This document shows, one piece after another, positions 10,925-19,090 of a DNA stretch of 64,000 nucleotides. A program made the translations under genes and the position numbers. How positions within the stretch are numbered: position 1 is the first letter of the stretch; each line of letters starts with the position of its first letter. Source of the stretch: Parcubacteria group bacterium (lineage in GTDB: Bacteria; Patescibacteriota; Minisyncoccia; Moranbacterales; GCA-2747515); contig JBAZXC010000002.1 of the NCBI GenBank assembly GCA_041660065.1, forward strand, positions 102,866 to 166,865, in the 5' to 3' direction. The notes beneath the pieces are model-generated. The model made no database searches, was not told the DNA's origin, and saw only the letters and a list, made by a program, of their open reading frames with translations.

Positions 10925-12187
10925 TTATACTGTATGCAATTTTGTAATTTCTTTTTTGCAAAACAAAAACATGATCAATAAAATGATCGCAACGACCACC
11001 GGTAATATAAAAAAGTATTGAGGCTGATTGATAGTGAATAAAATACACCCAAAAACTACCATACGACCAACTACCGTCGGCACTTCACGCAAGATGATAA
11101 ATTCTTCTTCATTTTTATCTTTGACCGATTTGTAGATATAACTGAAATATGGCACAAGAAAAAATGTCATTGAGAACGCACCTACCAGCGTTAATACATA
11201 CGCCATGATTTGTCCGTGAGAGAAAATCCTACCAACAGACACAACAATGACACACAGTGCTGCAATGATAATAAGTTTATGCGGATCTTTATTTGCTTTC
11301 TTCCCTATAAAAAACAAAAATAGAATTCCACCAATTGACGACAAGCTCCCTACTATGCCAGGCACTGCTAATGACCCGATCATGATGTACACATAAATAC
11401 TCCAATACCAATGTGATTCTTCGATTACATTATCAAGTGACTCAAGAAAAAATAATTTCTTTCGTTTTTTTATTTTTGCAAAAGTCTCTTTCCAATGCAA
11501 TGATAATTTTGATTCATGACTTTTAATGCCGTGAAGTGGGATAAATGACAAGATGAGTCCCAAGATTGCAATGATAAATATCGGCCAAAACCCGACAAAA
11601 TAAACCATCACAACACTTATGAGCGGATTGAGTACTTGTAAAATTTTTGGTAAAGCAAAAAACGTTGCAAGATCGGTGCCCATTTTATCAAAATCTGTAT
11701 GTTTTACCAAAAGAATATTTAATGGCACCCAATAGATAAATGTTGCCATTCCGCCGACCATTGCCACAATGCCAAATGGCATATGCCAGTCTTGCATAAA
11801 ATACAAACTTACATAAAAAAGAATTTCCATCGGATAATAAAGTTGAAAAATACGCACCAATCCGATTTTTTGTATCAATGGTGAGATTACAAATAGAGTA
11901 AATAACAAACCAAATCCATGGAAGATTGCATAAAAAACAACGACATCTGTCAATGTATTGCCAATCGTCAATAAATACACCGGCACATAAATGCTCACAA
12001 AAGAAAGCGCAATTGATCGGATCGTGTGTGCAATATGGATGCGATAGATCTCTCGCTTGTCTTTTATGATTTTTTGGAAAATCAATTGTACTTCAAACAA
12101 ATTTTTTATCATTTCTAATTTTGAACTTCCAATATAATTTTCATTTATTTTCCATAAATTTTTTAAGCCCCTCAACTGTAATTTCAT
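10925..12187 (-). CDS. Polytopic membrane protein, possible MFS-like transporter
   Basis: About 12 predicted hydrophobic helices. The N-terminus overlaps the upstream gene by 47 nt, so the real start is probably the internal Met near 12112. Confidence 0.4.
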   Translation of the reverse strand: MKLQLRGLKNLWKINENYIGSSKLEMIKNLFEVQLIFQKIIKDKREIYRIHIAHTIRSIALSFVSIYVPVYLLTIGNTLTDVVVFYAIFHGFGLLFTLFVISPLIQKIGLVRIFQLYYPMEILFYVSLYFMQDWHMPFGIVAMVGGMATFIYWVPLNILLVKHTDFDKMGTDLATFFALPKILQVLNPLISVVMVYFVGFWPIFIIAILGLILSFIPLHGIKSHESKLSLHWKETFAKIKKRKKLFFLESLDNVIEESHWYWSIYVYIMIGSLAVPGIVGSLSSIGGILFLFFIGKKANKDPHKLIIIAALCVIVVSVGRIFSHGQIMAYVLTLVGAFSMTFFLVPYFSYIYKSVKDKNEEEFIILREVPTVVGRMVVFGCILFTINQPQYFFILPVVVAIILLIMFLFCKKEITKLHTV

Positions 12188-13142
12188 AACTTCTCACGAA
12201 AGAATCATCCACGTGCGCATAAAGTAATCCCTTCCCATTTTGTTGATCCATAAAATAACTGGCAAAGGTAATCGTTTTTGCTTGACTGTCCCTGATAAAA
12301 TAATTTGGAGAGATCCACTCAATTTTACCTTCTTCATAATTATAGATAAATAAACCTACAGAAAATTTTCCATATTTTACAAACGTCCCGTTTTTTCTAT
12401 CCACCTCTCTGCCATTCATAAACCCAAGACACTTCCCCTCTCCTACATCAATAAATTTTCTTGACATCAACGGACCTGGTGAAGCATGTCCACCAGCCCA
12501 TTCAATATTTTCTTTTTTAGGGTGAAAAACTGTTTTGCCAAATTTCCAATTTTTCCCCATGTCTTCCGCGATGACCGTTCTTATAGTCGAATACCAATAT
12601 CCTTTGCCATGATCACTCGATTCAACAAGATTATATCTAAATCCACGTTTATTCATCGGAGCAATCGACACTTCTTTTGCTCCACAGTTATTTTTTTCCA
12701 TCAAAACCGGTTGTGTCATTGTCAAATCACTCAGATCTGTCCCAAATGCATGCCCCAAGTGCACGACCGCATTTCCTGTTCGTTTATTAAATAAAGGGAT
12801 TGTAAAATAGACATGCAGTGTATTATTTGTCTCATCCGCCCAAATATCCGGATCTTCAAATCCGATAAAGTCTAGTCCTTTTTTATTGAGAGAGTTTATG
12901 ATTTCTTCTGTATTTTTCATGTACAGTTCACATGTGATCTCATAGATCCCTGCATCATTTTTTACTACTTTATACAAAGCACTTCTGTCAACATACCCTC
13001 GTTTTTCCACATCTCCCTCTCTGCTGACTACACATCTAATAATGCCTTCTTTCCAATCAAAATGTGAATTGAGAGTCAAAGCCATAATATGTTTAAACCT
13101 TCTATCAGATTTTATAGCTGTTTCTTTATTTTCTAAATACAT
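12141..13142 (-). CDS. Hypothetical protein, possible beta-propeller glycosidase-like (GH130/DUF377-like)
   Basis: FEDPDIW resembles the EDPR motif of GH130/GH43-type propellers. Weak similarity only. Confidence 0.3.
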   Translation of the reverse strand: MYLENKETAIKSDRRFKHIMALTLNSHFDWKEGIIRCVVSREGDVEKRGYVDRSALYKVVKNDAGIYEITCELYMKNTEEIINSLNKKGLDFIGFEDPDIWADETNNTLHVYFTIPLFNKRTGNAVVHLGHAFGTDLSDLTMTQPVLMEKNNCGAKEVSIAPMNKRGFRYNLVESSDHGKGYWYSTIRTVIAEDMGKNWKFGKTVFHPKKENIEWAGGHASPGPLMSRKFIDVGEGKCLGFMNGREVDRKNGTFVKYGKFSVGLFIYNYEEGKIEWISPNYFIRDSQAKTITFASYFMDQQNGKGLLYAHVDDSFVRSYEITVEGLKKFMENK

Positions 13143-13255
13143 TTTTTTATATACGCTTTAATATGCTTGTGCATTTACACATCCACACCGATTATATCAT
13201 AAATACAAAGAAAAGAGGCGACTACAATTATGTAATCCGCCTCTCTTGTTGAGAT

Positions 13256-14878
13256 TTATTGAATGGATGCCACCATCCAGCTGATCGCATTTGCGATCGC
13301 TTGTGCCGTGGCATGATTTGAATCTTCATGTACGGCATGTCCACTATGAATATGTTCTCTGCCAGGAATGGTATCGTGCGTCATTTTCAGTTGTACATAG
13401 ACATCACCAAGTGCTTCATCACCCTTTGTGACTTGCACCGGGCGCCAATATTCTTGCGAGATCGTATATTCTTGCAATTGTGGAAAAAATTCTTTTGCAA
13501 TGGCGACAACAGCATCAAATGCCGCACTCACAGGACCATTGCCGGTGCGCACGGCTGCTACTTTTTTACCGTGCAATGATGCGATGACGGATGCTGTTGG
13601 TATTGTACCCTTGCCACTCACAATTGTGGAACGATCGATCACAATGCTACATGGCACTTCCTTGATCACATCTGTTACAACTGCGACAACTTCTCGATCA
13701 CTCAAAGAAGTACCGCGCCGTCCTTCTGAGATACGCTTGATCTCTACCATGATCTCTGCAAGCTGCTCTTTTTTTACGACAAAACCAAGCTCTTTAAGTT
13801 TTGTCATAATGCCCTCCTTGCCGGAAAATTGTGTCACCACAGTCTTCACGCCGGTGTGTCCATATTTTTTTGGATCCCAACTATAATATGGGCTGACGGT
13901 TGTACCGTTTTGCTTTGCTTTTTCTTCAATGGCCTGATGCGTACCGGAACTGCAAATGCCATTTTGATCTCCCACCACAACCCAGTGTCGTGGCACAGGC
14001 ATGCCCAGACAGTTTGCGATCATGTGAACGATCTCCACAACAATTGCAGGATCGAAACGTATGTTATACCCACCAAAAATATCTTGGCGTGTATGCATGT
14101 TCATGATCACGGACTCAAATTTCGTCATACCGCTACGCTCACCCAGTCCATAAAATGTACCTTGCACTTCTGTGATACCATGTATAATTCCTTGCAAAGC
14201 ATTTGTCGTACTGTGATCACTATCATTGTGACAGTGACATGCAATACGCGCTTTATGAATGTTTGACACATGCGCAAATACATATGCGATGAAATCGCCA
14301 AACTCGTTGAGAATACGCAATCCGGTTGTGTCAGGCAAATTGACACTCGTTGCACCGGCAGTGATCACTGCTTCCACGATCTTGCAAATAAATTCTTTGC
14401 CCGCTCGCGCAGCATCTTCCGGCGAAAACTGCACATGGTGGAAACCAATACTTCTGGCATATCGCACCATATCAACTGCAGTGTCAATCACCCATTGTCG
14501 TTTTCCCTCCGGCGAATCACCATATTTCTCAGCATCGAATTGTGCGAGCATAAGCTCGTCACTTACCGGAATATAAATATGAACCATGTCACAACCGGCG
14601 ACTTTTACCGCATCAATATCTGCCTCCACAGCACGAGCCAGTCCTGAAAGAATAGGCTTATGATGTGTTTTTGTACCTCGCACAACGTCAACGATCTCTC
14701 GACATCGTTTTGGATTGCCTTTTGCACTGCCGGGAAAACCGATCTCGATGATGTCAATTCCGCCTTTCACCAACTTTCTCACATAGCGATCCTGGTCTGC
14801 AGGCGTGATCGCCCCACCGTCAACTTGCGCAGATTCACGTAGCGCCACATCATTCAACCAAATCTTCTTCTTTTCCAT
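13256..14878 (-). CDS. leuA: 2-isopropylmalate synthase / citramalate synthase family (HMGL-like DRE-TIM metallolyase)
   Basis: N-terminus is IWLNDVALRESAQ (compare LeuA IFDTTLRDGEQ). HCHNDSDHSTTNALQGI matches the LeuA HxH metal site, and a C-terminal LeuA-dimer-like region is present. The start at ATG 14878 (MEKKKIWLND) follows a GAGGAG SD; the track start at 14923 is a TTG extension. Confidence 0.8.
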   Translation of the reverse strand: MEKKKIWLNDVALRESAQVDGGAITPADQDRYVRKLVKGGIDIIEIGFPGSAKGNPKRCREIVDVVRGTKTHHKPILSGLARAVEADIDAVKVAGCDMVHIYIPVSDELMLAQFDAEKYGDSPEGKRQWVIDTAVDMVRYARSIGFHHVQFSPEDAARAGKEFICKIVEAVITAGATSVNLPDTTGLRILNEFGDFIAYVFAHVSNIHKARIACHCHNDSDHSTTNALQGIIHGITEVQGTFYGLGERSGMTKFESVIMNMHTRQDIFGGYNIRFDPAIVVEIVHMIANCLGMPVPRHWVVVGDQNGICSSGTHQAIEEKAKQNGTTVSPYYSWDPKKYGHTGVKTVVTQFSGKEGIMTKLKELGFVVKKEQLAEIMVEIKRISEGRRGTSLSDREVVAVVTDVIKEVPCSIVIDRSTIVSGKGTIPTASVIASLHGKKVAAVRTGNGPVSAAFDAVVAIAKEFFPQLQEYTISQEYWRPVQVTKGDEALGDVYVQLKMTHDTIPGREHIHSGHAVHEDSNHATAQAIANAISWMVASIQ

Positions 14879-14957
14879 CACTCTCTCCTCATCCTTTTTT
14901 GAATTTTTTGATCTTCTCTTCAACTGTTAATGAACCCATGAATTGACCCATGTAAAC

Positions 14958-14979
14958 AAAAAAACCTGACAGTGTCAGG
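14958..14979 (-). terminator. Attenuator / rho-independent terminator hairpin between the leucine-rich leader peptide and the leuA-like gene
   Basis: Minus strand reads cctgacactgtcagg followed by TTTTTTT (6-bp perfect stem plus a 7-nt T-run). Confidence 0.6.
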
Positions 14980-15016
14980 CAGTATCAATGTTTTGTCCTA
15001 TATTACTCGTAAAACA

Positions 15017-15088
15017 TTACCCAACACAAAAACCTTCCTCAACGAGGAGTAGCAGGGCTAGCAGGTTTTGTGCTGTATAGTGTTTCAT
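15017..15088 (-). CDS. Leucine-rich leader peptide (23 aa, MKHYTAQNLLALLLLVEEGFCVG) upstream of the leuA-like gene
   Basis: Six Leu codons fall within seven consecutive codons (CTG CTA GCC CTG CTA CTC CTC). The ATG lies 6 nt after a TACAAT -10 box. The terminator hairpin follows about 40 nt downstream. Confidence 0.5.
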   Translation of the reverse strand: MKHYTAQNLLALLLLVEEGFCVG

Positions 15089-15094
15089 GCCGTC

Positions 15095-15122
15095 ATTGTA
15101 ACAAAAGATGTTTTTTTGTCAA
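15095..15122 (-). promoter_or_regulatory. sigma70-like promoter (TTGACA, 16-nt spacer, TACAAT) driving the leader peptide and leuA-like gene
   Basis: Minus strand reads TTGACA aaaaaacatcttttgt TACAAT gacggc ATG. The -10 to ATG distance of 6 nt suggests a leaderless transcript. Confidence 0.5.
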
Positions 15123-15138
15123 ACAGCTAATAAAAAAT

Positions 15139-15687
15139 CTATGTGTTTTGTTGCTGCAAAAATTTCCTTAATTGTGCAATTGGTCTGATCTGGAGATATG
15201 TCTTTTCATAATCTTTTTCACTAAGTGACGCACGTGTCATTGTATACCCCGTGGGAATGAAAAAATGGTCCCAATCAAAACCGTTTTTCCCTGCCGGTTT
15301 TTTGGCAATTTCTCCCACTAATTTTTTTTCAAATATTTTTAACGTCTTGCCATCATAATATCCGATCGCACATCGCGCTGTTGCTTTGCGACTTTTGCCG
15401 TTGAGTAAATCACAAATATTGTGAAATGGCATTTGATCAACAAAAAAACGAATGAACGGTCCAGGCAATTTCCCCAATGCCTCAAATTCCAACGACACAT
15501 CCTCCACGATCACAGGTTTCTTGATTTTTTGGTATGCCTGTCGAACCTTGTGCTCGATGATTTCTTTCAATCGCAAAGATTGGATCTCATCGAGATCGAT
15601 CTTTTCGTGATCGATCGGATGACCCAAAAATTTTGCCAGATAATCCGCCTTGTTTTGATTGCCTGTTACAAATACAATATTTTTCAT
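15139..15687 (-). CDS. rdgB: Non-canonical purine NTP pyrophosphatase (RdgB/Ham1/ITPase family)
   Basis: N-terminal IVFVTGNQNK matches the Ham1 signature. Length 182 aa. Confidence 0.85.
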   Translation of the reverse strand: MKNIVFVTGNQNKADYLAKFLGHPIDHEKIDLDEIQSLRLKEIIEHKVRQAYQKIKKPVIVEDVSLEFEALGKLPGPFIRFFVDQMPFHNICDLLNGKSRKATARCAIGYYDGKTLKIFEKKLVGEIAKKPAGKNGFDWDHFFIPTGYTMTRASLSEKDYEKTYLQIRPIAQLRKFLQQQNT

Positions 15688-15775
15688 ATGAGTTCTAATT
15701 TAAAAATATTTCCTATATAACCATTTTAATAAAAATGTCATTTTTTCTTTTATATAAAACATTTATTGAAAGCAA

Positions 15776-15857
15776 ATCTATGTCATCCTGAACTTGTTTC
15801 AGGATCTCGCGCTTATGGTTTATATAGATCCTGAAACAAGTTCAGGATGACATAGAT
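15776..15857. repeat. 32-bp perfect inverted repeat (atctatgtcatcctgaacttgtttcaggatct) with an 18-nt spacer, in the rdgB/smpB divergent intergenic region
   Basis: Arm 1 (15776-15807) is the exact reverse complement of arm 2 (15826-15857). Each arm also contains a nested palindrome (cctgaa...ttcagg). Confidence 0.9.
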
Positions 15858-15981
15858 ATCGATGAGTTCATGCGTCATCATAACAAATACATGATCGCGA
15901 TGCAAAACACTAAATCATTGACGAACATCTTTTTATCATTATGATAGATATACTCACGTTTCGTGATATAATACCAACATT

Positions 15982-16428
15982 ATGGCAGTGATCGCACTCA
16001 ATAAGCAAGCAAAATTCGATTATGAACTCATTGACCACTATGAGGCGGGTTTGGCATTGTTCGGTCATGAGGTCAAATCGATCAAAACGGGACACATTTC
16101 ACTCAAAGGCGCTTTTGTCACAGTAAAAGGTAGTGAGCTTTATCTCACCAATGCGATGATCCCTCTCTATAAACATGCAGCAAATATCAAAGAGTATGAT
16201 CCAAATCGGTCTCGTAAGCTCCTCGTCAAAAAGTCGGAAATCCGCTCGCTGATCGGCAAAAAACAACAGGCTGGCTTGACATTGGTACCGATTCGTGTTT
16301 ATACTAAGGGAAAGCTGATCAAGCTTGATTTTGCGCTTGCAAAAGGCAAGGCAAAATATGACAAGCGTCAGACGATCAAAAAACGTGAAACTGACCGCAA
16401 TATCACACGCGCATTGCGCAGAGGTTAA
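15982..16428 (+). CDS. smpB: SsrA-binding protein
   Basis: 148 aa with SmpB motifs (NKQAKFDYELIDHYEAGLALFGHEVKSIK, LLVKKSEI). Confidence 0.95.
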   Translation: MAVIALNKQAKFDYELIDHYEAGLALFGHEVKSIKTGHISLKGAFVTVKGSELYLTNAMIPLYKHAANIKEYDPNRSRKLLVKKSEIRSLIGKKQQAGLTLVPIRVYTKGKLIKLDFALAKGKAKYDKRQTIKKRETDRNITRALRRG

Positions 16429-16498
16429 AAAATATGAACATTGACAATCAAAAAGCAATCGCCGCATGCATCGCTTATAGACAAAGCGTTGCAAGCGG

Positions 16499-16920
16499 GG
16501 GGATGCTTTTAGCTTTCGACAGTTTGTCGTCTGCCGATATGCACGTCGGGCATGTATATTCACCCCGTAAAACTGGTATACACATTGATAAGTGCAAACT
16601 TCATCAACAAAGCAAAAGTAGCATTTGCTAACGCATTTGCTCCATCTTTTGCACCGTCTCTCGCGTAATAAACGCTTGAGCCATCACACAGTCGATATCT
16701 CATAGACTGATCGTGGTGTCATATTATGAGGTTCGTCACATTGGAGTATCATTGCTTCTTTATGACTAAATCTACAATGATAGATCATGGGATTTTTTGA
16801 TCACTTTATCGCCCGTGATCGAACATGTCGATTTGCATCGACACGAAAAGTGCTCTAAACGTGTAAGAAGTATTGTCGGATCAACAAATTTGGACGTGGG
16901 TGCAATTCCCACCATCTCCA
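16499..16920 (+). ncRNA. ssrA: tmRNA (transfer-messenger RNA, ssrA)
   Basis: Lies immediately downstream of smpB. The 5' end GGGGAUGCUUUUAGCUUUCGACAG resembles the canonical tmRNA 5' end. The 3' end has a T-arm-like GTGGG-tgcaatt-CCCAC, then CATCTCC, which pairs with the 5' GGGGAUG to form a 7-bp acceptor stem with a discriminator A; CCA is not encoded. An internal tag frame (gca aac ttc ... ccg tct ctc gcg taa taa) ends in LA plus a double stop. Confidence 0.72.
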
Positions 16921-17081
16921 CAAATTTAGTATATGAGACATGTAGACTTGTAGACCACTAGAAAAAAATCTACATATCTCATAACTTGAAGTACGATATG
17001 ACCTCATTTAAATATTTGGACACATTGTGCTAGTATATATATACTTTACAAACTTTTTACTTTTAACTTTACACTGAATTT

Positions 17082-17627
17082 ATGCGCAGACGATTCCGTA
17101 GAAAACCCAAGAGAACACCTCTCGTGCCACATATGCGTGCCAATGAAAAGATCTTTGCTGATCCGATCGTTTTGATCGATCACAACGATGAATTCATCGG
17201 CGAAATCCCTCTTTCGCAAGCACGTGCCCTGGCAGAAAGTTCCGGCCTTGATCTCGTGGAGGTATCACCCAAAGCAAATCCTCCCGTATGTAAAATTCTC
17301 GATTACGGCAAATTTCAGTATGCCCAAACCAAACAGTTCCGCCAAAGCAAGTCCCAACAAAAAGTCGTTACCACAAAAGGCGTGCGTATCGGTATTCGTA
17401 CAGACACACATGACCTGAGCTTTAAAAAAAGCCAAACGGAAAAATTCCTCACCAAAGGCAATAAAGTGAAAATCGAGATCGTACTCCGCGGACGAGAAAA
17501 AGCCCACCAAGACCTCGCGAGAGAAAACATGCAAAACTTTATCAAATCACTGGAAGTGCCATTTCGTACAGAAGAAGAAATTAAACGTTTCCCCGGTGGT
17601 TTTAATACGATCATCGCCCCGGAATAG
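17082..17627 (+). CDS. infC: Translation initiation factor IF-3
   Basis: Conserved IF3 core (NEKIFADPIVLIDHNDEFIGEIPLSQARALAESSGLDLVEVSPKANPPVCKILDYGKFQYAQ). The start may instead be the internal ATG at 17131 (MRANEK) or a non-canonical codon, as is typical for infC. Confidence 0.88.
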   Translation: MRRRFRRKPKRTPLVPHMRANEKIFADPIVLIDHNDEFIGEIPLSQARALAESSGLDLVEVSPKANPPVCKILDYGKFQYAQTKQFRQSKSQQKVVTTKGVRIGIRTDTHDLSFKKSQTEKFLTKGNKVKIEIVLRGREKAHQDLARENMQNFIKSLEVPFRTEEEIKRFPGGFNTIIAPE

Positions 17628-17737
17628 ATATTTGACAAAAAATCCAAATTACTATAAAATCTTTTAATAGTCACTGATTTTTATTCAGCAGAAGCCGGAA
17701 GAGGCATTTTGCACTATATTTTATTAGAAAAAACACT

Positions 17738-17932
17738 ATGCCGAAGATGAAAACCAATAAAGCGTTGAAGAAAAAGTTCTCTGTATCAAAGAACAAAAAA
17801 GTAACCCGCCGTTCAACAGGACAAAATCACTTTAACGCAAAAGAATCCGGAAACACAACTCGTAGCAAGAGAAGTGATAAACGTCTTTTTAAGACAGATG
17901 AAAAAAACGTCCTCAAAGCGTTAATAAACTAA
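17738..17932 (+). CDS. rpmI: 50S ribosomal protein L35
   Basis: MPKMKTNKALKKKF..., 64 aa and basic. Sits in an infC-rpmI-rplT arrangement. Confidence 0.9.
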   Translation: MPKMKTNKALKKKFSVSKNKKVTRRSTGQNHFNAKESGNTTRSKRSDKRLFKTDEKNVLKALIN

Positions 17933-17965
17933 ACTTTATAAACTTTTAACTTTAAACTGAGTCGT

Positions 17966-18310
17966 ATGGCTAGAGTAAAACGAGGTGTTGCCGCCAACAA
18001 ACGAAGAAAAAATCTTCTCAAACTTGCAAAAGGATTCCGATGGCGTCGTAAGTCACATTATGTTGTTGCAAAGCAAGCAGTGATCAAAGCCGGCATCTAC
18101 AAATATCGCGATCGTCGCACAAAAAAGCGCACGATGCGCAATCTATGGATTGTCCGTCTCAATAACGCATTACGAATCAATGAATTGAGATACTCCATAT
18201 TCATCAACCTGATGAAAAAGAAAAATATCATTCTTGACCGTAAAGTACTCTCCCAACTTGCAATGGAAAACCCCGCAGTATTTACACAGTTTGTACAATC
18301 GATCAAATAA
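17966..18310 (+). CDS. rplT: 50S ribosomal protein L20
   Basis: MARVKRGVAANKRRKNLLKLAKGFRWRRK is a classic L20 N-terminus. Confidence 0.95.
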   Translation: MARVKRGVAANKRRKNLLKLAKGFRWRRKSHYVVAKQAVIKAGIYKYRDRRTKKRTMRNLWIVRLNNALRINELRYSIFINLMKKKNIILDRKVLSQLAMENPAVFTQFVQSIK

Positions 18311-18323
18311 GATTTCCATTTAG

Positions 18324-18349
18324 AAAAACCGCTTTCGAGCGGTTTTTTT
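18324..18349 (+). terminator. Rho-independent terminator after rplT
   Basis: aaaaaccgctttcgagcggttttttt: stem accgct/agcggt with a ttcg loop, then a T-run. Confidence 0.75.
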
Positions 18350-18427
18350 GTATGAAACTATATAAACCATCACGGAAATGGCAAATGGTCGTATATAGAA
18401 AAATATGAGAATAACGAGACCGCACAC

Positions 18428-18456
18428 TTGACTAAAATATAATGATGTGCTAAACT
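18428..18456 (+). promoter_or_regulatory. Putative promoter (TTGACT, 17-nt spacer, TAAACT) for the downstream small ORF
   Basis: TTGACT aaaatataatgatgtgc TAAACT, about 60 nt upstream of a GGAGGA-preceded ATG. Confidence 0.35.
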
Positions 18457-18513
18457 CCTAACCTAGTGAGAGGATTTCTTTTTACATATCAAATCTGAAC
18501 AAGTGGAGGAAGG

Positions 18514-18840
18514 ATGAACGTATCCATAGAAACGGAGCGAAAAACGGGATTGACCGTGTCCGAGCTTCGTGCAAGGCTAAATGTATCTCCAGATCACTTA
18601 CACGCCAATGAACTTGGCGTCATTTTTGTACAGTACGGTGATACGATCGCAGAACTAACATTGATCAATATGCTCGGAGAAAAAAACGCCAGCGTGCGGT
18701 TTGTGGCATATTGTCAATTAGTACGTGCGCATCGTTTATCACAAAACGCACACGATGCGTTGAAAAAATTTTGTTCCGCAAAAGAAAACTTTGACCTCAT
18801 TACAGAAGCAAAGGAACGCTTCTGGCTTCACGTAAACTAA
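18514..18840 (+). CDS. Hypothetical protein (108 aa)
   Basis: Strong SD (aagtGGAGGAaggATG). A hairpin terminator follows directly. No motif recognised. Confidence 0.55.
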   Translation: MNVSIETERKTGLTVSELRARLNVSPDHLHANELGVIFVQYGDTIAELTLINMLGEKNASVRFVAYCQLVRAHRLSQNAHDALKKFCSAKENFDLITEAKERFWLHVN

Positions 18841-18865
18841 TGTGAAGACCGCTTACAAAAGAAAC

Positions 18866-18910
18866 AGCCTCTCGTCACAACATGATGAGAGGCTGATTTT
18901 TATTATTTTT
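18866..18910 (+). terminator. Rho-independent terminator (9-bp stem cagcctctc/gagaggctg plus T-run); likely bidirectional
   Basis: cagcctctcgtcacaacatgatgagaggctg followed by atttttattattttttt. The reverse strand is also T-rich after the stem. Confidence 0.7.
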
Positions 18911-19090
18911 TTGTGTGTTTTGCGATCGTGTCCCTTGTCAATCGAATAAGTGCATGAAAAGGCAACCAGAGCCACAGTGTGCGCTCCAGCCATTTACCGA
19001 TGATCTGGTTGATATTTGTATATTGTGGATTTGCCATGTGTAAAATATAAAAGCCAAGAATATATAGCTTTTATTATATCACAGAATTCA

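Noticed and set aside
14924-15138. T-box riboswitch upstream of the leuA-like gene
   Set aside because: The leader is only about 130 nt and lacks the conserved T-box sequence (AAUUAGGGUGGNACCGCG) and specifier-loop architecture. A Leu-rich leader peptide plus terminator explains the region better.
16099-16631. ORFs 16099-16563 (-) and 16434-16631 (+)
   Set aside because: The first is antisense to smpB and the tmRNA 5' end. The second lies inside the tmRNA gene. Both are Cys/Arg-rich nonsense translations.
18903-19040. 46-aa minus-strand ORF (MANPQYTNINQIIGKWLERTLWLWLPFHALIRLTRDTIAKHTKK) between the small-protein terminator and the FRD gene
   Set aside because: Below a sensible length threshold, with no SD or promoter and no motif. 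It could be a real micro-protein but cannot be supported from sequence alone.
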